Shown in pieces: positions 33,876 to 43,836 of a stretch of 64,000 bases of DNA. The position numbers were made by a program, and so were the translations under genes. Source of the stretch: Candidatus Enterousia sp. (GTDB lineage: Bacteria; Pseudomonadota; Alphaproteobacteria; Rs-D84); assembly GCA_045648885.1 (NCBI GenBank), contig JAZROV010000002.1:6343-70342 (forward strand), in the 5' to 3' direction. Position 1 is the first letter of the stretch. Every line of letters starts with the position of its first letter. The notes below the pieces were generated by a model. It ran no database searches. It worked only from the letters and a program-made list of their open reading frames with translations, and was not told where the DNA came from.

Positions 33876-36383
33876 ATGGCAACACAAAATAAACTTTCGC
33901 CAGTGATGCAGCAATATGTTGATATGAAATCTGAAAATCCAGATGCGTTGTTGCTGTTTCGTTTGGGCGATTTTTATGAAGCTTTTTTCGAAGATGCAAA
34001 AACAGTCAGCGAAACATTAAGTCTGGTTTTAACGCATCGTGGCACAGATGGTTTTGGCGCGGATGTTCCTATGTGTGGGATTCCGTGGCATGCGGCAGAT
34101 AATTATTTTGGACGCCTGGTACGCGGTGGGTTCAAAGTGGCTTTGGTTGAACAAATGGAAACCCCGCAACAGGCGAAAGAACGCGGTCATAAATTCATAG
34201 AACGCAAAGTGATTCGTGTTTTAACACCGGGAACTATTACTGATGAAAATTTATTGACGCCAAAAAATTCTAATTTTTTAGTATCAATTGTCCCGATATC
34301 TGAATCAAAATTTGATATTGCAGGCTGTGATATTTCTACTGGCGAAATTTTCATCGGGCAATCTGATTCGATTATTGATGATATGATTCGAATTATGCCG
34401 GCTGAAATTATTTATCCTGAACAAAACGCAGAAAATACTGTTATCAAAAAACTGCGCGAGATATATAAAACAACACCTGTATATGAAAAATTATATATGC
34501 GGTCTGACATCAATTTAATTGTTTCACACGTGTTTGGTGGCAATGTTAAAACAGATAACAAAGATAATATTTGTGCAACAACTTTGATGGCGGGATATCT
34601 ATTTAATACGCAACGCGGGGCAAATATATCTTTTCGCGCACCGTATGATTTTAAATCTGGACGCCAGTTGTTGATTGATTCTGCCACCTGGAAAAGTTTG
34701 GAAATAGACGCACCAATAAACGATGGCGGAATGTGTTTAATTGATGTTTTGGATAAAACAATTACTGCATCTGGGGCGCGTAAATTGCGTTCTTATTTGC
34801 GCACTTTGCCGGCAGACATTGATATTATTTTATCACGCCAAGAACATATTGGACATTTACTTTTGAATCATCCTTTGATGTCGGAAATTCATTCAATATT
34901 ATCGCGCGTACCCGATGTAAATCGTGCAATTTCACGTTTAATATCTGGACGTGGGACACCACGCGATATTCGTAATGTATCTGAATTTTTAATGATTTTG
35001 GGGATGATAAAAGACATCGGTGAAAAATTAGATTCAAAATTATCAACAAAATTCCGAAATATAAATACATATGATGCATTTGCAAACGAATTAACGAATG
35101 CTTTGAATGATGAATTGCCAACATTTTTCCGCGATGGTAATGTTATAAAGACCGGGTTTAACATCGCGTTGGATAATATGCGAAATTTATCGAATGGCGC
35201 GATTGAAACGATTGCACAATTACAATCTAAATATATATCTGAAACAAACATCAATACATTAAAAATAAAATTCAATAATATTTTGGGATATTTCATAGAG
35301 GTTCCCTCTACACGCGCAGACGCACTGATGGCGCCCGAATCTGGGTTTATACATCGTCAGACCATGGCGGGGAATATGCGTTTTACTACGTCACAGTTGA
35401 TTGATTTGGATAATGATGTGCGTAATGCATCTGACAAGGCTGCAGCGATAGAGACCGATATCATAAATGAATTAATTGAAAAAATACGTGATATTTCCAA
35501 CGATTTAATGAATACAGCCGATTTAATTGCTGATTTAGATGTTTGGTTTGCCCTGGCCAGTTGTGCAGATTTATATTCGTGGGTACGTCCAAAAATAACA
35601 GAAGACACTCAATTTAATATTGTTGGTGCACGTCATCCGGTCATAGAATATGCGTTAAAACAGCACGGCGATAATTTTGTTAAAAACGATTGCAATTTGA
35701 ACGATAAACCGGTTGCATTGTTGACCGGGCCAAATATGGCTGGTAAATCAACATATTTGCGTCAGAATGCGATTTTGGTTGTATTGGCGCATTTGGGTTC
35801 GTTTGTGCCTGCAACGGCCGCCACAATCGGAATTTGCGACCAATTATTCAGTCGCGTGGGTGCATCTGATAATTTGGCGGCAGGACAATCTACATTTATG
35901 GTAGAAATGGTTGAAACGGCGAATATATTAAATCGCGCGACGAAAAAATCTTTCATAATATTTGATGAAATAGGCCGCGGAACATCGACTTTTGATGGAA
36001 TGGCAATTGCCCAGGCGGTTCTGGAGCATTTAAACACCATAACACCACGAACACTGTTTGCTACACACTATCACGAATTGACCGGATTGGTTGGAAACGG
36101 TGGTTTAACAAATGTTTCGTGTTTAACAATTGATGTGCGTGAACATAATAACGACATTGTCTTTCTGCATAAAATTATTCCGGGTGTTGCGAATCGCTCG
36201 TACGGGATAGCGGTGGCCAAAATGGCGGGAATGCCGAAACATATTGTCGAACGCGCAGAAGCGGTATTAAACAATCTGGAAGCCGGCAAATGTCAGGAAA
36301 TGCCGGAAACAACCACAAAAGCATCGGTTAAACCGATGGTCAAAGAACCAAAACCAGATACACAATTATCTTTATTCGGATAA
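33876..36383 (+). CDS. mutS: DNA mismatch repair protein MutS
   Basis: Start taken at MATQNKLSPVMQQY (GGTGA SD, 1 nt after the xseB stop). The track start 33861 is the alternative. Walker A GPNMAGKSTYLRQ, and DEIGRGTSTFDG. Confidence 0.95.
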   Translation: MATQNKLSPVMQQYVDMKSENPDALLLFRLGDFYEAFFEDAKTVSETLSLVLTHRGTDGFGADVPMCGIPWHAADNYFGRLVRGGFKVALVEQMETPQQAKERGHKFIERKVIRVLTPGTITDENLLTPKNSNFLVSIVPISESKFDIAGCDISTGEIFIGQSDSIIDDMIRIMPAEIIYPEQNAENTVIKKLREIYKTTPVYEKLYMRSDINLIVSHVFGGNVKTDNKDNICATTLMAGYLFNTQRGANISFRAPYDFKSGRQLLIDSATWKSLEIDAPINDGGMCLIDVLDKTITASGARKLRSYLRTLPADIDIILSRQEHIGHLLLNHPLMSEIHSILSRVPDVNRAISRLISGRGTPRDIRNVSEFLMILGMIKDIGEKLDSKLSTKFRNINTYDAFANELTNALNDELPTFFRDGNVIKTGFNIALDNMRNLSNGAIETIAQLQSKYISETNINTLKIKFNNILGYFIEVPSTRADALMAPESGFIHRQTMAGNMRFTTSQLIDLDNDVRNASDKAAAIETDIINELIEKIRDISNDLMNTADLIADLDVWFALASCADLYSWVRPKITEDTQFNIVGARHPVIEYALKQHGDNFVKNDCNLNDKPVALLTGPNMAGKSTYLRQNAILVVLAHLGSFVPATAATIGICDQLFSRVGASDNLAAGQSTFMVEMVETANILNRATKKSFIIFDEIGRGTSTFDGMAIAQAVLEHLNTITPRTLFATHYHELTGLVGNGGLTNVSCLTIDVREHNNDIVFLHKIIPGVANRSYGIAVAKMAGMPKHIVERAEAVLNNLEAGKCQEMPETTTKASVKPMVKEPKPDTQLSLFG

Positions 36384-36386
36384 AAA

Positions 36387-37256
36387 ATGAACGGCTTTAT
36401 CATTTTAGACAAAGATTCCGGTATTTTCAGCAGAAATGCTGGTTGGCGCATTGCAAAAATATTTGGCGAAAAGAAATTCGGACATATTGGCACACTGGAT
36501 CCGATGGCCAGTGGGGTTTTGCCGATTGCGATTGGAAATGCAACTAAAATGATTCCATTTATTGAAAACACCGGCAAAAACGAAAAAGAATATTTATTCG
36601 GAATCAAATTTGGCATCGAAACAGACAGTTTGGATATTACCGGCCAAATCGTTAAAAAGGCCGGCAAAATACCATCTGAAAAAGACGTAAAAAACGCATG
36701 CGAAAAATTAAAAAAAACGACCGACCAAATACCACCGATGTTTTCGGCAGTCCATATTGATGGTAAACGCGCATATAAAATCGCGCGATCGGGTCAACAA
36801 ATAGATATGCCGTCCCGGCCGATTCGCATATATGAATTAGAAAACACCGGAAAAACAGATGATGAATTTAATTTCAGGGTTGTCTGTTCGCGCGGAACAT
36901 ATGTCCGTTCAATCGTTCGTGATATCGCCGCGCTTTGCGGAACAATCGGGACAACGACATATATTCGCCGGACATGTACGAATGGTTTTGATATAAAAAA
37001 TGCGGTAAAACTTGATTTTCTGGAAAATATGTTTAATAATAACGGGGCCGTTGAAAAATATTTAATGGCACCCGATTTTGCACTGGGGGACATTCCGGTA
37101 ATAAATTTAGGGATAGAAGACGCCAAATTATACAAAAATGGCGGATTCATAAAGGTCGGCGATGCGAATGGTTTGCGACGTGTTTATTCTGGTAAAAACT
37201 TTATCGGAATAGGGCGCATGGAAAACGGTTTGCTTTGCCCAATACGAACAATGTAA
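36387..37256 (+). CDS. truB: tRNA pseudouridine-55 synthase
   Basis: 289 aa. Catalytic motif GHIGTLDPMASGVLPIAIG. Confidence 0.92.
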   Translation: MNGFIILDKDSGIFSRNAGWRIAKIFGEKKFGHIGTLDPMASGVLPIAIGNATKMIPFIENTGKNEKEYLFGIKFGIETDSLDITGQIVKKAGKIPSEKDVKNACEKLKKTTDQIPPMFSAVHIDGKRAYKIARSGQQIDMPSRPIRIYELENTGKTDDEFNFRVVCSRGTYVRSIVRDIAALCGTIGTTTYIRRTCTNGFDIKNAVKLDFLENMFNNNGAVEKYLMAPDFALGDIPVINLGIEDAKLYKNGGFIKVGDANGLRRVYSGKNFIGIGRMENGLLCPIRTM

Positions 37257-37275
37257 GACATAAAAGGAAACACAA

Positions 37276-37548
37276 ATGTCCATTACAAAAGAAAAGAAAA
37301 GCGAATTGGTTGCCGCTTTTAAAACAACCGAAAAAGATAACGGTGGTTCTGCTGCGTCCCAGGTGGCTGTTTTGACAGAACGCATCCGTAATTTAACAGC
37401 ACACATGAAAAACAATCACAAAGACGAACATTCAAAACGTGGTTTGTTGTTGATGGTAAATCGCCGCAAAAAATTGTTGGCATACATCAAAAAACACAGT
37501 GTTGCTGAATACGAAGATTTGATTAAAAAATTAGGTCTGAGAAAATAA
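37276..37548 (+). CDS. rpsO: 30S ribosomal protein S15
   Basis: 90 aa. ..LTERIRNLTAHMKNNHKDEHSKRGLLLMVNRRKKLLAYIKK. Confidence 0.95.
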   Translation: MSITKEKKSELVAAFKTTEKDNGGSAASQVAVLTERIRNLTAHMKNNHKDEHSKRGLLLMVNRRKKLLAYIKKHSVAEYEDLIKKLGLRK

Positions 37549-37576
37549 AAAATACCGGCAAATGCCGGTTTTTTTA
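37547..37576. terminator. bidirectional rho-independent terminator
   Basis: A-run, ACCGGC-aaat-GCCGGT hairpin, T7 run between convergent rpsO and the ABC permease. Confidence 0.75.
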
Positions 37577-38791
37577 TTCATACCGCAAACTGTCAATCGG
37601 GTTTAATTTGGCGGCGCGCAGGGCAGGCATCACCCCGGACGCCAATCCTACGATAACCGCCACCGATACTGATAAAATAACCGGCCATATGCTGAATGGG
37701 ACGTTGTATTTTAATATAAATCGGCCAACCCCCTGGGATAAACCAACACCAAAAACCAATCCAAACATAGAACCAATAAATGAAATCAAAACTGATTCAG
37801 CCAAAAATTGAATGATTATCACGCGTTCGCGCGCACCGACTGCTTTGCGGATGCCGATTTCACGTGTGCGTTCCACGACCGACACCAACATCATGTTCAT
37901 AATGCCAATTGACCCAACCAATAATGATACCGCCGCGATTGCTATCAAAAGCAATTTTAAATAACCCGTCACGGTGTCCATTGTTTCCATGATTTGTTTC
38001 ATATCTGTAATTTGAAAATCGTCTTCATCGCCGTCTTTTAATCGATGCCGCTGGCGAAGCAGGGCGCTGATTTGATCCGTCACAACTGCATTATCTGCAT
38101 CGGGGTAAATCTTTAATGCAACCATTGTCACCGAATCAGGAAACGGCGAACCTTGTAATCGCTTTTTCAATGTCGTTATTGGGATAATCACCATATCATC
38201 TTGGGAGCCAAAGGCCGAATCACCACGCGCCCGCATCACACCAATTACTACGAACGGCATATTTTGAATACGAATTGTTTCGCCGACCGGGTTATCAGGC
38301 AGTCCTAATTCGCGCGCCGTATCTGGGCCAATTACTGCATATGTTGCCGCGTTTTTAACCGCGTTTAAATCAAAGAAAGTGCCATTTTCCATTTCTATAT
38401 CTTGAATCACTGTATAATCTGGATATGTTCCCAACATCAATGTAGACCAATTTTTATTGCCATAAATAACCTGAGCCGAACCGCTTTGCGCCGGTGTGAT
38501 AGACATAACATCTGGCAGACGACGTATTTGTTCACTGTCCGTGATTGTCAGTGTATTGCGGTTTCCTGAACGAATACCACCACGACGCGCGGCACCTGCA
38601 CGAATGACAATGGTGTTTGTACCCAAAGATGAAAATTGATCAGATATAGATTGTTGAACCGTTTCGCCAACCGCCACCATTATCACAACCGCCATCACCC
38701 CAATAATAATGCCCAGTACCGTCAGGAACGAGCGAAGTTTATTCCCGCTGATTGACAACCAAGATTCTTTTAATATATCGCCCAGCGTCAT
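37574..38791 (-). CDS. MacB/FtsX-type ABC transporter permease
   Basis: 405 aa. N-terminal TM, large periplasmic domain, C-terminal FtsX-like 3-TM bundle (REIGIRKAVGA motif). Confidence 0.85.
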   Translation of the reverse strand: MTLGDILKESWLSISGNKLRSFLTVLGIIIGVMAVVIMVAVGETVQQSISDQFSSLGTNTIVIRAGAARRGGIRSGNRNTLTITDSEQIRRLPDVMSITPAQSGSAQVIYGNKNWSTLMLGTYPDYTVIQDIEMENGTFFDLNAVKNAATYAVIGPDTARELGLPDNPVGETIRIQNMPFVVIGVMRARGDSAFGSQDDMVIIPITTLKKRLQGSPFPDSVTMVALKIYPDADNAVVTDQISALLRQRHRLKDGDEDDFQITDMKQIMETMDTVTGYLKLLLIAIAAVSLLVGSIGIMNMMLVSVVERTREIGIRKAVGARERVIIIQFLAESVLISFIGSMFGLVFGVGLSQGVGRFILKYNVPFSIWPVILSVSVAVIVGLASGVMPALRAAKLNPIDSLRYE

Positions 38792-39531
38792 TTTTTATGC
38801 CTTTGCTCTGATTTTAATAAAACGGTTTCGCTTTTGGGGACCCGGCCATCATACGTAATGCGTCCGTCATAGATATGAATTACACGCCGTGCGTATTGTG
38901 CAATTTCAAATTCGTGGGTAATTATCACAATAGTAATTCCCATGTCTGTATTTAATTTTTTAAAAAAACGTAAAATTTCATTTCCCATTTTTGAATCTAA
39001 TGATCCGGTTGGTTCGTCTGCCAGAATCAATTTAGGATTACCCGCCAATGCACGCGCAATCGCAACACGTTGTTTCATTCCCCCAGATAATTGCGTTGGC
39101 AAATACGATTCAAATTTATTCAGACCGACTAATTCTAACATTTCACGTGAACGACGGTTTCTGTCGTCTGGGGACATTCCGCGATACATCAGTGGCAACA
39201 TCACATTGTCCAGAATATTTCGTTTTGGCAACAAATTAAAATTTTGAAAAACAAAACCAATATATTCGTTCCGAACGGTTGCTAATTCATCAGGTGTCAT
39301 TGTCGTAATATCTGTCCCATATAATTCGTATGTCCCAGATGTCGCGCTGTCCAGTGCACCGATAATATTCATACATGTTGATTTACCAGACCCAGACGGC
39401 CCCATAATCGCAACAAATTCCCCCGATTGAATTGTGAAAGAAATATCAAACAAAACCTGTTGCACACCGCCAATTTCAAGTGGGAATATTTTATTGATTT
39501 TATTTAACGCGATGACAGGTGGCTGGTTCAT
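38788..39531 (-). CDS. ABC transporter ATP-binding protein (MacB/LolD-like)
   Basis: 247 aa. Walker A GPSGSGKST, signature LSGGMKQRVAIARAL, Walker B ILADEPTGSLD. Confidence 0.92.
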   Translation of the reverse strand: MNQPPVIALNKINKIFPLEIGGVQQVLFDISFTIQSGEFVAIMGPSGSGKSTCMNIIGALDSATSGTYELYGTDITTMTPDELATVRNEYIGFVFQNFNLLPKRNILDNVMLPLMYRGMSPDDRNRRSREMLELVGLNKFESYLPTQLSGGMKQRVAIARALAGNPKLILADEPTGSLDSKMGNEILRFFKKLNTDMGITIVIITHEFEIAQYARRVIHIYDGRITYDGRVPKSETVLLKSEQRHKK

Positions 39532-39534
39532 TTT

Positions 39535-40692
39535 TTACATCCTGGGGCCGGCGCGCATAGTGCTTTTGTTATTTGAAATTTGCCCCACAAACCCAATAAC
39601 CAATTTATCGTTTGGTTGTATTTCATCAGAAATAATTTGTGTTTCTGTCGGGGTGGTTAAACCTTTCTTGTACGGAATAAAAACTATATTATCGCCGCGT
39701 TTAATTGCCAGATGTGTTTGGGGTGTAATGTCATCGGAAACATTATCAATTATGTTTTTATATGAACGCAATAACAGACCTGAATTTTTCGTTTTCCAGA
39801 TATTTTTCGCACTGTCCACCAGAACCGTCACGAACGCAGTCATTCCTGGCATTAAACGTAAATCAGAATTATCAACATCAATAACCACAGTATAAACAAC
39901 CACATTTGATACAGTCGTCGGCGATAAACGAATTTGATTTACAGTCCCTGAAAACGTCTGATTTGGATACGCATCAACAGTGAAACTGACATTTTGGCCC
40001 TGTTTTATCATGCCTATGTCGGCTTCGGATACCGCGGTTTCAATTTGCATTTTTGATAGGTCTTCGGCGATTTCAAACAGGTCTGGCGTTTGAAACGACG
40101 CAGCAACAGTTTGTCCTTTGTCCACTTTGCGAGAAATGACCGTCCCATCAACTGGCGACGTTATTGTTGCATATCCCAAATTTGTGACAGCACGATCATA
40201 CGAATATTGTGCTTTGTTGACGGCTTGACTGGCCTGTTCGTATGTAGTTTGAGATTTCTCCATCTCTGCGCGCGATATAAATCCGTCATTAAACAGCGTT
40301 TTATTTCGTTCATATTCTGACGCGGCATATTTTAATTCTGATTTTGCAGAATCTAACGATGCTTTGGCTTCGTCAACGGAAGATTTCAACACAGACGGTT
40401 CAATCGTCAATAATATATCACCACGTTTAACATGCGAATTGTAATCAACAAAAATATTTTCTATGGTGCCAGACACCTGGGACCCAACATTCACAGTATT
40501 CACAGGCTGAATTTCACCTGTCGCCGTCACAGTTTGTGTTATGTCGCCGCGGGATATATCCAATGTTATATAATTTTTCTTTTTTTTGGTACGCACAGAA
40601 ATAACACCCCAAACAATTATCACGACCAATAAAACAAATATCGCTGCCAGCCATTTTTTACGCCAAATAAAACCAAAAATTTTTTTCAGCAT
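39535..40692 (-). CDS. HlyD/MacA-family periplasmic membrane-fusion protein
   Basis: 385 aa. N-terminal anchor, lipoyl-like and coiled-coil hairpin regions, beta-barrel C-terminus. Confidence 0.8.
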   Translation of the reverse strand: MLKKIFGFIWRKKWLAAIFVLLVVIIVWGVISVRTKKKKNYITLDISRGDITQTVTATGEIQPVNTVNVGSQVSGTIENIFVDYNSHVKRGDILLTIEPSVLKSSVDEAKASLDSAKSELKYAASEYERNKTLFNDGFISRAEMEKSQTTYEQASQAVNKAQYSYDRAVTNLGYATITSPVDGTVISRKVDKGQTVAASFQTPDLFEIAEDLSKMQIETAVSEADIGMIKQGQNVSFTVDAYPNQTFSGTVNQIRLSPTTVSNVVVYTVVIDVDNSDLRLMPGMTAFVTVLVDSAKNIWKTKNSGLLLRSYKNIIDNVSDDITPQTHLAIKRGDNIVFIPYKKGLTTPTETQIISDEIQPNDKLVIGFVGQISNNKSTMRAGPRM

Positions 40693-40704
40693 TGATTTTT
40701 TCCA

Positions 40705-42018
40705 TTATTCTTTTTCACGCAGGCCTGATTTAATATCACCGATTGCCAATGCAACCGCTGCACGTTTTACAAACAAATCGTATTTCGCAGAATTATTTTG
40801 TTTGCGCGCATCTACTAATTCAGACTGCGCGGTCTGCCAATCAAGCATAGTTGCGCGACCAACCTTGTACATGCCAGATGTCACATGTTCGCTTTCAATT
40901 GCAGATTTCAAAAGTGTATTTGTTTGATTCAAAACAGTTTTAGCAGTTTTGTAATTTTGATATGCGCTGAAAACATCTAACATAGCATCGTTTGAAACAC
41001 TGTGTTCCATATATTTTGCATTTTCATAATCTGCATTTGCAGCACGCGCGTTGTAAAAATTTGCAAAACCGGTAAATATAGGCATAGACACAGATACACC
41101 GAATTTTCCACTGGTTTTAACAGACATATGTTCAAACATTCCACCAACTGTTTTATCGTTTACTGTCACTGTGCCGTTCACAGAAAACGACGGCATATTT
41201 TTTAAAAACGCACTGTTCTTTCGATGAAACGCCGCAGATGTTTGTTCGCTGGCTTTTAATAAATCTGGTCTTTTTTTGCGTGCAATAGATATCAATTCAT
41301 CAATATTTTCAATTTCTGCGTCACTGCCGAAACTGGCGGGCATATCTTTGATTTTTATATCTTGGTCTGCTGGGAAAGACAACGCATTTAACAATGTTCC
41401 CTTTGCTATTTCGCGATTATTTTTTGCGCGTTCCAAATATAATTCAGACGATGCCAGATTTGTGTCGGCTTTGTACACGTCGGCTTTGGCGACTGCACCG
41501 GCTTTGAATTTTTTGTCGGCAGTATTTTTTGCAGTTTGCGCAACGGTCAGTGCAGATTTCGCAGCTGACACATCTGCATCTGCAATCAAAAGCGCATAAT
41601 AATCACCAATCAAAGAAAACACATAATTTTGAACTGTTTCATCATAATCAAAACCTGTCGCACGATAAAGCGCCAACGTTTGTGCAAAATCTGATTCGCG
41701 TTTTCCAAAATCAAAAATTAAATACGATGCAGAAATTGATGCACTGTAATCCCAATCTTCGTGCTGGGTATGCGAACGATTTGCACCTACAGCACCTGAA
41801 AACGTCGGAAAATATACCGAATGGGCTGCGTTTTTTGTATATCGCGAAGATTGCAAATTCATATATGCTGCCATCGTTTGTGGATTACGACAAAGCCCCA
41901 GATTTATTACATCAACCAATGTCATTTCGTTGTCTGGGACATAGCGCATTGTCGCGCAATCACTGTCTGCAACGGCATAAAACGGAATAAAGAAAAACAA
42001 ATAAAATATTTTTTTCAT
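40705..42018 (-). CDS. TolC-family outer-membrane efflux protein
   Basis: 437 aa. Signal peptide and duplicated OEP repeats. First gene of the efflux operon. Confidence 0.8.
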   Translation of the reverse strand: MKKIFYLFFFIPFYAVADSDCATMRYVPDNEMTLVDVINLGLCRNPQTMAAYMNLQSSRYTKNAAHSVYFPTFSGAVGANRSHTQHEDWDYSASISASYLIFDFGKRESDFAQTLALYRATGFDYDETVQNYVFSLIGDYYALLIADADVSAAKSALTVAQTAKNTADKKFKAGAVAKADVYKADTNLASSELYLERAKNNREIAKGTLLNALSFPADQDIKIKDMPASFGSDAEIENIDELISIARKKRPDLLKASEQTSAAFHRKNSAFLKNMPSFSVNGTVTVNDKTVGGMFEHMSVKTSGKFGVSVSMPIFTGFANFYNARAANADYENAKYMEHSVSNDAMLDVFSAYQNYKTAKTVLNQTNTLLKSAIESEHVTSGMYKVGRATMLDWQTAQSELVDARKQNNSAKYDLFVKRAAVALAIGDIKSGLREKE

Positions 42019-42126
42019 AAGAATTGTCCATAATCTTAAATATCACTATTACGATATCATTTTTATATACGCAAAGAACATCGGAACAAATTCCGCCGAC
42101 AATATTAAAAAAATGAAATTTTTATG

Positions 42127-42155
42127 TTGAAAAAGGTTTATTTTTTGCCTAAGAT
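42127..42155 (+). promoter_or_regulatory. candidate sigma70 promoter for tRNA-Cys/recF
   Basis: TTGAAA, 17 nt, TAAGAT, ending about 17 nt before the tRNA 5' end. Confidence 0.45.
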
Positions 42156-42171
42156 AGCTCTACGTGAAAAA

Positions 42172-42245
42172 GGCCAGGTGGCAGAGTGGTTATGCAGAGG
42201 ACTGCAAATCCTTGGATGCCGGTTCGATTCCGACCCTGGCCTCCA
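42172..42245 (+). tRNA. tRNA-Cys (anticodon GCA)
   Basis: 74 nt folded by hand: acceptor GGCCAGG/CCTGGCC, anticodon loop CTGCAAA, T loop TTCGATT (one T-stem mismatch), encoded CCA. Confidence 0.85.
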
Positions 42246-42253
42246 ATACAAAA

Positions 42254-43342
42254 ATGATAAATCAAATCACAATTACCAATTTCAGAAATCATACATCTTC
42301 CAGAATAAAAACAAATGGATGCAAAAATATTATTATCACAGGCACAAATGGCGCCGGAAAGACCGCTATTCTCGAAGCGATTTCTTTGCTGTCTGGCGAA
42401 CGCGGTTTTCGTGGTGCGGAAACACAATTGATGGCGCGATTTGATGGCGACGGGGGATTTTCTGTATTTGCAACCACTGCGGATGAATCTGATATCTGCG
42501 TGTTTTTAAATTCTGGGGAAACAAATCGTCATGCAAAAATAGATAATGAAAATTCGCCGCTTTCAGATTTGGCAAAAAAAATTCGCATTGTTTGGTTGAC
42601 CCCACGCGAAGACAGAATTTTCGTTGAATCTGCGTCTGAGCGTCGCGCGTTTTTTGATCATTTGGTTGCAAATTTCGAACCGTCACATATCGGACGCATA
42701 AACCGTTTGAATAAATTGTTGTCTGAACGCGCCGGCGCAATTAAATCAGGTGGCGATACAAAATGGTTAAACGCAATTGATGAACAAATTGCACAAACTG
42801 CGATTGCCGTCGGGGCAGGGCGCATACGATATGCATCTGAAATAAATTATTTTTTTGCAAATGGCGGGGTGTCTGTTGATGGAATGATTGAAAAATTGAT
42901 TATGGAAAACACTTTAATCGATGCAGAAAAAATTTATTTTGAATATTTAGAGCAAAATCGCAATTTAATCGGCGATAAAATGGTGATTGATGGTGCACAT
43001 AAATCTGATTTTGGGGTGTTTAATAAAACTTTGAATTTGCCGGCCCAGATAACCAGTACAGGTCAACAAAAATCTATTTTAATCGATTTAATATTGGCGC
43101 ACGCAAAATTGATTCATATAAAAACAGGTCAAACACCTTTGATTTTGCTGGACGAAGCCATGGCCCATTTGGACGATGATGCACGCATAAAAATATTTCA
43201 TGATTTGAACGAATCAAATGCCCAGGTGTGGGCTACTGGAACGAACGAGAATGCGTTCAAAAATATTCCAGATTGTCTTTTTGTCACTTGCCAAGACGGC
43301 CAAATAAGTAATATAGTTATTGCGGAGAACAAAGATGCATAA
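42254..43342 (+). CDS. recF: DNA replication and repair protein RecF
   Basis: Start moved to MINQITITNFRNH because the track ORF start overlaps the tRNA. Walker A GTNGAGKTAILEAISLLS. Confidence 0.85.
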   Translation: MINQITITNFRNHTSSRIKTNGCKNIIITGTNGAGKTAILEAISLLSGERGFRGAETQLMARFDGDGGFSVFATTADESDICVFLNSGETNRHAKIDNENSPLSDLAKKIRIVWLTPREDRIFVESASERRAFFDHLVANFEPSHIGRINRLNKLLSERAGAIKSGGDTKWLNAIDEQIAQTAIAVGAGRIRYASEINYFFANGGVSVDGMIEKLIMENTLIDAEKIYFEYLEQNRNLIGDKMVIDGAHKSDFGVFNKTLNLPAQITSTGQQKSILIDLILAHAKLIHIKTGQTPLILLDEAMAHLDDDARIKIFHDLNESNAQVWATGTNENAFKNIPDCLFVTCQDGQISNIVIAENKDA

Positions 43343-43805
43343 AATAGATTATCAACAATTATTAGATAACGCGTTAAAATCTGTCGTGAAAGAAGCGCTG
43401 ATTTACGCACAATTTAACGGTCTGGGCGATGACGCAGGTTTTTTTATAACATTCAAAACACGCGACCCAGGGGTTGTGTTGCCTGATTTTTTGCGTATGC
43501 GATATCCTGATATAATGACGATAGTGCTGCAATATTCGTATAACAATTTGAATGTATCAGACAAAGAATTCGGTGTTCAGCTAACATTTGATGGGCGTCC
43601 GTTTTTTATTCGTGTCCCGTTTTCTGCGTTGGTTGAATTCAAAGATCCATCAACTGAATTCATGCTGTCTTTCCATCCAAAACAGCCATCCGGCGCAAAC
43701 ACAGAAACAGACATTGAATTACCACTGGATGAAAAAGCCAACACAGTCCCCGACGATAAACGTGTTGTGTCACTGGACGAATTCAGACGCAAAAGAAACC
43801 AATAA
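43335..43805 (+). CDS. sspB: SspB-family ClpXP adaptor (resembles the alphaproteobacterial type)
   Basis: First ATG (MHKIDYQQLL). FFITFKTRDPGVVLPDFLRMRYPDIMTIVLQ..FGVQLTFDGRPFFIRVPFSAL matches the SspB core as I recall it. Confidence 0.75.
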   Translation: MHKIDYQQLLDNALKSVVKEALIYAQFNGLGDDAGFFITFKTRDPGVVLPDFLRMRYPDIMTIVLQYSYNNLNVSDKEFGVQLTFDGRPFFIRVPFSALVEFKDPSTEFMLSFHPKQPSGANTETDIELPLDEKANTVPDDKRVVSLDEFRRKRNQ

Positions 43806-43836
43806 AAAATCACCGCCCATTGGGCGGTATTTTTAT
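43805..43836. terminator. bidirectional rho-independent terminator
   Basis: A-run, ACCGCC-cattg-GGCGGT hairpin, then ATTTTTATT. Lies between convergent sspB and accC. Confidence 0.7.

Noticed and set aside
42164-42253. N-terminal extension of recF as in the track ORF 42164..43342
   Set aside because: The extension is simply the translation of tRNA-Cys. The conserved RecF N-terminus begins at the ATG at 42254.
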